A stretch of 63,120 nucleotides of DNA, counting the filler, from Choristocarpus tenellus KU-1152 (taxonomy: Eukaryota; Protista; Phaeophyceae): NCBI GenBank assembly GCA_964200185.2. It is 10 parts of 10 records of this genome, joined end to end, with 100 filler letters (N's around TTAATTAATTAA, not from the genome) between each part and the next. Parts side by side here need not be neighbours in the genome. Positions count along the whole stretch, not along the records: positions 50,080 to 53,961 come from CAXNAD020017388.1; positions 54,062 to 60,065 come from CAXNAD020009193.1; positions 60,166 to 63,120 come from CAXNAD020023389.1; 7 more parts are not named here. One strand, 5' to 3'. This document shows, one piece after another, positions 53,301-63,120 of the stretch. The translations under genes were made by a program, and so were the position numbers. The notes beneath the pieces are model-generated. The model saw only the letters and a list, made by a program, of their open reading frames with translations, did no database searches and was not told the DNA's origin. The first letter of the stretch is position 1, and every line of letters begins with the position of its first letter.

Positions 53301-53961
53301 TCACGCATATCCCTCCCTCGCTTCCAACTCCCCAAACTGGCCAGGCCGACAACTGCGTCTCAGAGAACAAGAACAATTTCTTTCTCGGATATGCGGGGCT
53401 GTTGGTCGCGGCGAGTGTCTTTCGTGTGGTCGAGATATATTTTATGATGATGGGGCACACGCACATCAAGATTGATCAGATCTTCTCCAGGTAATTAGGC
53501 AAGATATATAAATGCGATAGCCACATGGTGTTTTTACACAGACAGATACTGCCTTGAGGCTTGCAGTTCACGCTTGTTGCGTCTCTCGAAGGTTTATGGT
53601 CATACACTGCAATTGATTGATTGACTTTTGATTTCCCCACAACAAAATAGCACGAGAAGAGTAGCTGGCAAAACTGTGTTGTAACCTAGTCTCGAAAGAA
53701 AACAAAAAAAATTGTACGCATCACCCCTTTTTATATTTATACTTCCATATACATGCATCAGAGCATGTGCCTGGATATATATCTTGCTTCTCCACTTCGT
53801 TTCTTTCGCCCCCGCCTCAAAATTAGCTTACTTGCATTTCACCTTCAGGTTCTCACGTGGTATCAAAGGGAAGAACATATTCACAAGAACACAGCTGGGT
53901 GAAGAGCTGCAGGCCTCTTACACGGAGGTTCCAGTCTACTGCAAGACCCTACGGAACGAGG
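50340..53961 (+). pseudogene. Intron-rich Sola-like DD[D/E] transposase, decayed, truncated by contig end
   Basis: Exons ~50340-50498 (MSWIDYWADTYGQFMP), 51382-51639 (FLRLLRE..FIKCDICVTLK), 52100-52263 (MSVDAANQ..YALP), ~52483-52564, ~53020-53091, 53345-53490 (ADNCVSENKN..FMMMGHTHIKIDQIFSR), 53849-53961. In-frame TGA at 50400 and an AT in place of the expected GT donor at 51640. Confidence 0.75.
50607..50856 (-). mobile_element. MITE family A copy with GAG...CTC termini and ATTT target-site duplication
   Basis: ATTT|GAGTGAAAGTATCTTAGAGGGT ... ACCCTCTAGGATACCTTGGCTC|ATTT. Confidence 0.85.
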
Positions 53962-54061
53962 NNNNNNNNNNNNNNNNNNNNNNNNNNNNNNNNNNNNNNN
54001 NNNNNTTAATTAATTAANNNNNNNNNNNNNNNNNNNNNNNNNNNNNNNNNNNNNNNNNNNN

Positions 54062-54130
54062 CAAAAATCGCGACATGAAAAAATTGACCCCAAATGGACA
54101 GCTGCCACCCCCTCCCAGATACTTTGAGCC
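54062..54130 (-). mobile_element. MITE family B terminal fragment at contig start
   Basis: CAAAAATCGCGACATGAAAAAATTGACCCC..CCCAGATACTTTGAGCC matches the 29334-29471 copy. Confidence 0.75.
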
Positions 54131-56097
54131 ACCACATGGGTCAAACTGAGGCAGTGGAGGTTGTCTGCCTAGCAGTGGGAATGGGATACGAGAAGGCTTT
54201 CTGCATTGTGAAAACTTGGGAGAAAGGGGAGATCTTTTGCACATCTGGGACTGGGAGGGTGACTATTCGAGTGAACTCCTGTAAGAGGTGCAAACTCCTT
54301 ACACAACAGCCTGACGAGATGGAACTCTGTATCAGTACGTAACACTCACGCACTGGGAAATGTAATCTTCCATTGGAGTTTGGTGACCTGATGAAGACAA
54401 AGTTTGGGCTGCAACTCTCTTTGGAGATCTGGGTTGGTCTATGTGAGGAGTAGGGGTCGAATCAAGATCCGAAGTCTGACAGAGGAAGTTGCAAAGGGGA
54501 GAACAATTACCTAGAGTACGTAAGGCTGGGGTGGTACAGTGTTCCCAACTGGGATCGGATTGAGGGTGGATAGAAACCGGCAGATTGTGACTGATTGTCC
54601 ATGCCCTGAGGGAGGTGACAAATATTGGAGGAGACACATTCAACCTGACAGAAATTCCTGACAAGTTGAAAGATATGGAAGAGTTGACGAGAAAAATGTA
54701 TGCTTTGGGGGGGTGAAGAAGGTGAGATTTGAGGGAGGATTTTGAGGTGGAACTCATGGTGTAAGATGGCAACAATTACAACGTCAAACCTGATATGTGC
54801 GAGCCTGTAATTTAATAATGGATATAAAGAGACGACCCAGCAAGATTCGGAATTCTCAAAGTATATTCTCCATGAATTTATTTGTACTGCCAACCAAAAC
54901 GATTGGAGTTACCAAAAGCATATCCTCCGAGTCCTGTATACATCAGCATTCCAATGACATTGACTTAAATCACGAACAGGTAGAACAACAATGTAAATAT
55001 GAAAAAAAAATATCTCCAAGAACAAAACGGTCCTTATTGCAAGCTAGATTGTGAGTCGAGGGGACTACTATAGCTTAATCAATGGGTTAGAGAGTCAGCT
55101 TTAATTTCATATATATTGTATGGGATGAATGGACCTTAGCAGATTTTGCAGCGCTTTGAACGACTCCAGTCTGTTTTGTGGGACTGAAATATTTTCGCCA
55201 AATTGGACATAAGAGGCACATATGTTGGGCTGCAGGTGGAATTACGACCACAAAAATAACTTCACTAGATCAGGCTTGCCCTCACAATTCCAACCATATT
55301 TTGTTTGTTGTCAACCTCGAAACATTCCAGAAGATATTTCAAATCTAAAGTACCACTTCCCTCCACAATAGTGTTTAGAATAACATTACTTTATATGTGA
55401 TGCCAAAATTCAGTTGAAAAAATTGAACCGGAAGTGAAGTAACTGGATTATTACCCTGTATATCTGTAATAACCTTGATGTAATGGTAGAGATCCATTCG
55501 CATGTACCACTCTCAAATGAAGTTCAATATATTTCATACTTTACAAATAGTACTTGAAAGAAATTGACATCAACCGAACATAGGACTGGGGCCAGATACG
55601 AAAAAAACAGAAATGATACCATGATAGTGATAGTTTCATTAAAAATGAACAGTCATGTCAAGAAGTTGCTTTAATCTACTTGATTTAGACTTCGATAGAA
55701 AACAGTATTGTTTCTCAGGGAAGTTCATGCCATGAACCAAAATTCTATAGGATCAGCATGGCACAAGAAAAAAAAATTAAATGCAAAGTTTCAGTCACTC
55801 AAGGTGACTTTCACTTTCTTAATGTTTCCAACAGAAATACTCCAGTAAGATGTTACATTAACATGAACCAACCTGCATATGGATTCTACCAGGCACTGGC
55901 TAATTGGAACTAAAGAACTAACCAAAACTCCTCTACTTCCACAATATTGCCCCCAACGTCCAATAGCATACCTGAGTCAGACTACAACAACTAGGTTGAT
56001 CAACTCTCCTCCTCGCTATTAAGCTAACATGAGTGTATGGAGTGAGGTAGGTTGAAGTGGAAGGGTTGGTACTTTTATTGCGATTTTAGATAACGCA

Positions 56098-56315
56098 GTG
56101 ACTACAGTCACTAAATAATGCACATACAAGAATGAGATAATAGTGCTTACCGTGCACACGAAAGGGTATTTTTTATTGTGGTTTTAGGCAACACAATGAC
56201 TACAGTTGCTAGATATTATTCATGCAAAAATGAGATTATCGTGTTCAGACAATGACTATAGTCACTAACTATTACGAATGCGAGAATGAGACAGTAGTGC
56301 TTACCCTGCACATGC
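56098..56315. repeat. Diverged ~77-bp tandem repeat x3
   Basis: TGACTACAGTCACTAA..GAATGAGA..AGTGCTTACC recurs three times with substitutions. Confidence 0.7.
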
Positions 56316-59300
56316 AATTCTTAGAGAAGAACATGGCATGCAAATTGCAAAGAGATCATGTCGCAGGATGCCATGGCATGTGTCCAAAGCAAACAAATAG
56401 AATAATTACATATCCCTACCCGAACATGATATGGTGAGTAGCGAAGACCTTGCCCTAGGCTTGTTGACTAAAAGGCACAGAATAAGATCTTGTTGTCAAA
56501 GATAGAAAGCCATAAACCCAAACATTAATGAAAAATTGATAATGATACTCCTGGTAGATTTCTACAGATTCAGCAAGTGCAGGGATTTCAAATCAATTTT
56601 TCAACTCTGTGGACATGTTTGCAATGACTGCACAACTTTATTGGCATTGGCACTATGAGGCGGTATGTTTCATTGTATAGGCGCACAAAGATCAAACCAC
56701 TTGGCATTGACCAGCATTGAGTCTTCATGCAAGAAGCACTTCTGTGACATGCGTAGAAGAAGTGGCCAAGCAGTCTTGATTCTGATATGGTGTCCAACAG
56801 AGCAACCAACAGGGGATGCTTCTCTCCCCTAAGAACAAAATTCTCCTCTCGCATCTCACAAGAAATCACCATGCCGTACTCTTTCAAGAAAGGACTGTTT
56901 TAGCTCATGTGAACATTAAAATGCAGCAACTGCAGAATCTTCAGACCCTCCAACTTACAAGTCAGTGCAGTCAAGATTAACAATGTTAACTCACTTAAAG
57001 AAATACTTTTCAACAACACTGCTTGTGCAGTGCAAAGAAACCAGGATATGGGTTGCAGTGACACTCGGTTATAACAGTAAAATAGGAAAAACACCTACAC
57101 TCTGGCTACCAGGATGCATCTCTAACAAAAGGTGTTCCTCTTATCTTGTGAAAAAAAAGGGCAGCAAGCAAAACAATACATAAAGGACAAATGATCCCCT
57201 ACCGTAGTCCTGCCAATTCATAACACTACAGTGATACTACATAAGCTGGGCACCTCTTAAATACACCTGGGCCTCAAAAAAACTTAGATTGCACATATTG
57301 TCTCTTTTGGTAGAAGAAATTCCCTAAGCACACACTCAGCCCACCTTTGACACACCAAACAATAACGCTCTCCTGTTCGTTCTTCCTTGCATGCAGTAAC
57401 TGTTCAGGTACCACTGAGGGACCATGACAAGAAATCGTTATGACTTTTGTCTTCCAACCTGCATGATGAAACCAAGCCTTGCGAATCTTTCGAGAACGCG
57501 CCTGAAAGTGACAAACTTGACCACTCTTCACCTGTTGCGCAATGATATTACTCACCAGAAAGAGCTCATATTGGATAAGGAAATCATACAGACATTAATC
57601 CGACAGCAAACACAACACCAAAAACTGCTTACCACAGGTTTCATCTCCAGGTGACTTGCTGTAACAGATGAAGGATGTAGAGTAATTACCCCTTCATCCT
57701 GACATCAGTCACATGTGACATGCTCACACCACATCGTGACAGTTTCATGCTGTGAGTTTTAAACATGCAACAGTGCAGTAGTTGCGTAGAAAGCCCAAGG
57801 TAATAAATGTAATGGGAGCGAATATCATCATGCACCTTGTGTTGTTTTTAAGACACACGAACCTTCCACTCGGCACTCTCTGCATAATTTCACCAACTCA
57901 TAATAATTGCGTAAAATCAAGTGTGTAATTAGCGCAACAGCTTCCTCGCACAGTATCTACATCCTGCCCAGCAGGAATAACATAGTGCCTCCTGGCCATC
58001 GAAAGCAGACCTTACAACCAGTATCGATTGATATTCATGACATTGGCCTCAAAGGGAAACCTTTCACTAGCCTGATCAAAGAAAATAAACCTGGTGTGAA
58101 CCACTACTCGAACGAAAAGATAGTGGAGCAAAAAGGCAATGATAAGAAATCAAACAGGACAACCCGATCAAAATAAGCCTAAATACTATGAAGCCCGAAA
58201 AACATTCCAAGTCTGGTACCCCACCAGCGGTTGCCAATACACAAGTCTCATCCTCTACTCTGCAAAGAGCTAATCAGACTCCTCAATTGCCTATCCTCTC
58301 AGCATTATCTCCCTAGTGTACAAGCCAATCCACTGTGCACCCTGCTACTCCCCTATTATACACAGCTAACAGCCCCCTTTTCCTTTTAGCACGCAACACG
58401 TGCCACACAACCTGCGTACTGCCCCCCACACCTTCACCCCAATCCAAACACTGTCAAGTAACGGTATAGCCACCTCCACACACTCCAGCTGCTGCTGACA
58501 TAATCCCCTACATTTACAACATCTTTCCCATCCTCTTTCCTCTCTCCCACCCTCATTTATCCCCTCCTCCCTTTCCCCCTTCTCCACCCCCACCGCGGGT
58601 GGCATCAGGGAGAGCAGAGGGCCACTATCGAAGCGGGCTGTGACACAGCTTGCAGTAGTCCAATCAGGTACCCGACCGGCTCTCGCTTCGTGGGCGCACG
58701 GCGCATCCGCATCATGATTGTGTGCGTGTCATTTGCAATCGCATCGGCGGAGGCATGCGTGGCGGGGACCGGCCGACTCGCTTTGGGTGTGTGCGTGCCT
58801 ATGGCAAGCGTGGGTGATATATGTGTGTGTGCGAGCGGTGTGCAAACAAGCGCACATTTCTGGTTCTGAACATTGGGCACGACAACGCACGGGATGAAAA
58901 TTGCACGATAAGAAAAAGAAGAAGAACGGGACGAGGCGGTGAGCTGGAACGCGAGCGACGGCGGTTGCTTTTGACAAAGAGTTGAAGGGTTGGGGGTGTA
59001 ACAGCGACATTATTTTTGCGCGGTGCGATTCTCCTTATGTTCAACAAATTTATCTCCAAGATTGTCTTTTTCTTTGGAGTGCAGTATGTGGGGCAGTAAG
59101 ACCAGCATGATAAAAAAAAGCAATGAGTGGGCTGGGGTCAGGGCCATTAGGTTACTGGTTCAACTTGTGGGGGTCTCACTTGGAGTGTCATTCAACAGCA
59201 TAAGCTTATGGAACAAAATGTAATGAACTGAATATTTTTGCTCATATTTACACAGAACAACGGACCAGCTTCAAATTCCGTACTTGCACTTTCGGCCCTC

Positions 59301-60421
59301 GTTTGAAAATTTAAAGCATTCCTGCAGTCCATTAAATATAGTTGACATTCTATCTAGACTTCATATCAGATACCCCGCAGAAAGTACCAGCATCTTGCAA
59401 GGGAGAGAGAAAGGCAAGTCGTCAGCAAATGAATGAAAAAGGAAAGAGGTATGATGGAAAACAAATCTGGGAAACTAAAAAGTAGACACACGTGAAAGGA
59501 GAATAACCTTGCCAACTGCAAGAGTTTATCAGTGAGTTCTGCTACATGCAGATAAAACCAAAAGTCTTCCACTAGAAAGCCCTGAACTACAAGCAGCCCT
59601 ACAGCACAATATTTAGGCGCAAGTCCTTTCATATCTCAGTTCAATACAAAACAGAAATGAGACAGACCAGACTGATGTGAGAAGGATAACTGCTTTTACA
59701 GTATGCCAACACATGGACTTACTGTTTGATTGAGCAGGGCAAGGGAAACAAAGAGACCAGCCTTCACACACAGGAGCAAATTCCCCTGACTGGGACCAAG
59801 CAAACTTGCACACATATGCAAGGATGGAGTACAGCAATACGTACACACAACTATAGGAAATTATGACACAAACATGACCACACAAAAATGCACTACTGCC
59901 ACTATTATTAAAAAATCAACAAACACCATAGGTTTAAATAAGCGCCATCTTCTGAATTAATGACCCCACATTTCTGCACACACGAGGGGGTAACAACAGG
60001 GCCAGGGGGGGCTTACCTCTTCTACTGTTCCACAGTGCCTTATCCCCTACATTACATGTGCATGCNNNNNNNNNNNNNNNNNNNNNNNNNNNNNNNNNNN
60101 NNNNNNNNNTTAATTAATTAANNNNNNNNNNNNNNNNNNNNNNNNNNNNNNNNNNNNNNNNNNNNACAAACCAACCTATTTTTTTTTTTTTTTTGCTGTC
60201 CCCCATGAAACAACCCCGTGGATCTTTCCTCCCCCCCCCCCCCCCAAGAGCAAACCTCATCAACTCTATATATTTTTTTGCCCACGACCCAGAAATTATT
60301 CCTTCTACCCCTGGGGGAGTGACTCCTCGACCATTTTCACTGATTGTGTTCATATTTGTTCAATGTGCCCTCCTCTCCCCCCTGCCCCTCAAATCACACC
60401 CGTGTTCCTTGTATGCCTTAG

Positions 60422-61147
60422 GCCGGTGCTTGTCGGGCTAGCGCTATCCCCGAGCTCGAAGGAATTTGCTAGCCTGACGTGGCATGTGTTGGGGCTGATG
60501 GTTGTCAGGGGAGTGGCAGGAAACGTGGTGTCATCCTTGCGTGAGTGAAAAGGGTGTACCCTATTTGTGTTGGTTATGAGGGCTTGAGAAGGTACTGTAC
60601 CTTGGGAGGTTGAACATCTTCGTTTTGGCAGAGGATGGGAGATGGTGGCTGGCTAAACATTGGGGGATTGGTATGATGGTATGATGGTATGATGGTGGGT
60701 ATTATTATGCCCTCTGACATTTTGCAGATGTGTCAGGGGAAAAAACCAATGAAAACCATTCAATGGTATGATGGTATAATGGTATAATGTTTATAGTGGT
60801 ATGTTGGTATGTTGGTATGTTGGTATAATAGTATAATGGTACGATGGTATGAGTTTAACGTTGACAGTGAAAGCTGAAAATGCTGGTACTGGGTCTCACC
60901 AGTTTGTCTCATGGCCATGAGTAAACAGGGCATTGTTCAATGGCATTCACTGTACTGTAGTATAAACTGTCTGTCCAAGGTCATTTACTAAGTGCATTAT
61001 TTTTATTTCTGGCGTAGGTTGCGTGTTTTCAAATGTGATATTTGCCTTGTGCTTGCACAATCACCGTCATAGGTTTTTCTTCATCTTGTTCGGTTCTGTA
61101 GGTTCAACACACTATTTTCTTTTACCCAATGACTGTAGGGTATAATG

Positions 61148-61186
<39 letters not shown>

Positions 61187-61603
61187 TCTTTCTTCCTTGC
61201 ACCTACTGTCAACCTTCCTCTCCGACATGCATAGTTGCATGAGACGACTTCTCCACCCAGGGGACTAACTATCCCTACCATTGCCCCTCCCCCTTTTTCA
61301 CACCCCCCACATGCTCCCCATGTTGCCCCCCCATCTGGCCACATTGTCTTTGCTCAATGGATATTGTCATGGGCTGCTGATGTGTGCATGTTGGTAATTA
61401 CAGTTTGGGCAAGAGCTGTCGTGCTCACAACCCCAACAGTTGCCTCGGTGGGGTGTTCCCTCACCATTCCTGCGGCGTTTGCAACGGATTATGCCATCCA
61501 CGGTGTAGTTCCTAGTGCAGAGGCGTTGTGGGGTGCGGTTCTTGTGACAATAGGTTTTGTTGTGGTTAGTATTAGAGGTACAAAGGACGCCCCCTTGGGT
61601 TGA
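60422..61603 (+). CDS. DMT/EamA-type transporter, SLC35F5/Thi74-like, last two exons (partial)
   Basis: Exons 60422-60540 and 61404-61603: GVAGNVVSSL|LWARAVVLTTPTVASVGCSLTIPAAFATD..GAVLVTIGFVVV matches the SDYLW..A..LT.P.V.TVGLSLTIPLA..D motif. Confidence 0.85.
61142..61185. repeat. (ATA)n microsatellite in intron
   Basis: Read directly. Confidence 0.9.
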
Positions 61604-63120
61604 TTCCTGCCCCACCTTTAGTCAATCTCCCTATTTCGAATTTTGAACAAATGAAGTAGTAATGCTAGTTCATACACTAGGTCTCTAATTGTTGTTGACA
61701 ACATGTTTTTGAATGCTACATCCATACACTGTATGGATTGTTTTGGAGCAACTTGCGGTGAATCAACCTCACAGAGGTGTAACCCCTGCCCTCCTATTTG
61801 GTAGAGACTTGACAACAGGTTACCCAGTTTTTTTTTATAGAGCCTTGGTCCCCCTGAGAATGCCCTCGTTTAGGCCTGTACCCCTTTGGTACCATTCTCT
61901 TGTTTTATACCCTTGTATTATAGATAAAACATACATGTGTGTGTTGTGTCAGACCAAGGAGGGCATCTGTCAAACATGTAACAGTAGGTTTCATACTGCG
62001 AGCTGTGACTGAGTGGGAAATATGATACTTAGATGTGTGTGGCGCGGGTGCATGTGTTGATTTGAGCCAGCTTGCGATTGCCCTGTAGACTCCTCAATGA
62101 GTTGTGGCGATGTAGGCCTGGTGATGGTTTATTAGAAGCTAGGACCACCTCGGTCTTCTTGAATCGGGAAACCTGATACCTACACAGTATCATAGGTTTG
62201 TGATGAGGAGGATGCTTCTCTTGTGGTGGTTACAGGCACCCCATTCGTTTGCATCAGTTTGACTGATGCAGGCCTTAGTTGATGCTTTTTTCGGTGGCCA
62301 CAGTCTGCCATGCATGGCTAATAATGACTGTTGGCGGAGCAGTGGCGTATCCATTTCTTTTGCTAAAGAATGGCATTGTTGCCCTTTTGTATCTTCACAG
62401 TGCATAATAATGCTCAATAGAATAGGAGGCCTTGTGTTGAATGTAATTTGCGCTAGTATAGCTAGTGGCGTAGGTAAATATAATAGCAACATGATTAAAT
62501 GACGAACCGATACATTTACATCATGTTCTATCTCCACTTGGGTGTGAATTAATTGATCTACAAGATGCAGAGGCTGTTGTTGTTGTCCTCTCCAAAGTCT
62601 TGATACTGCTAAAGCTTGAGCTGCGTTGATTTTTGGAGTCAGCAGGGTCTTACATTTACCGTTTGTGTCATGTGCATTGAGTCAAAGAAGCGTGTACGAG
62701 AAGTACTACTGAGGGTTACATTTTGAGGATGCTGACAAGTACATTGAAAATTCGGCGTTTTTTTCAAATGTTTACAGGATATATTCTGAACCGTGTCAGA
62801 AACATTTTTACATAATAGAAAAATAACCGCTCTCAAGTCAAACTTAGAACATCTATAATAATATGGAAGAACTGTAATATTTTGAAGAACAGACTCAAAA
62901 TGCAAAGACGATCAAAACCCTTCGTGCTTTTCTTTTACGTTGACCCTTTCTGACCCGACCCACTTTGCTTGGAAAATAGGAATGTCCACCTGCTCACGAT
63001 TTATTGTACCCACATTAAGTTTTTTTGTGTGTTGGTTTGGGATGATACAGGCTACCCACATGGTAGGAGGAAGAGGAGCGGGAGGATATGGTAGGAAAGG
63101 AGTAGTTAAATCCAGACTAC

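Noticed and set aside
56588-59640. Several minus-strand ORF fragments as a gene or TE
   Set aside because: Could not build a consistent spliced frame or recognise any motif.

Overview
Eukaryotic, intron-rich genomic DNA (GT-AG introns, TTAGGG telomere-type motifs, a probable bipartite plastid-targeting presequence), most consistent with an ochrophyte/brown-algal-type draft genome (inference). The window is not contiguous: ten contigs/scaffolds are joined by artificial 100-nt N-TTAATTAATTAA-N spacers, so synteny across spacers means nothing. Host genes reconstructed by hand from splice sites: a complete PfkB (1-phosphofructokinase/LacC-like) kinase; 5' exons of WDR24 head-to-head with a DRG GTPase first exon; a WD40 gene fragment whose introns are packed with short telomere-type repeats; an unknown coiled-coil gene; a BROMI/TBC1D32 homologue head-to-head with a small twin-CX9C (Mdm35/TRIAP1-like) gene; an ER-type thioredoxin-like protein with an ARMET/MANF-like C-terminus; and an SLC35F-type transporter 3' end. 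Mobile DNA: a DD39D-type mariner remnant, an intron-rich decayed Sola-like transposase, and two MITE families with related TIRs and 4-bp target-site duplications. Most interesting: (1) a possible duplicated alternative first exon of the CX9C gene with in-frame TGA exactly at the first Cys position (selenocysteine candidate, speculative); (2) dense two-orientation TTAGGG seeding of introns, including next to splice acceptors; (3) a putative Sola-like transposase/MITE system.
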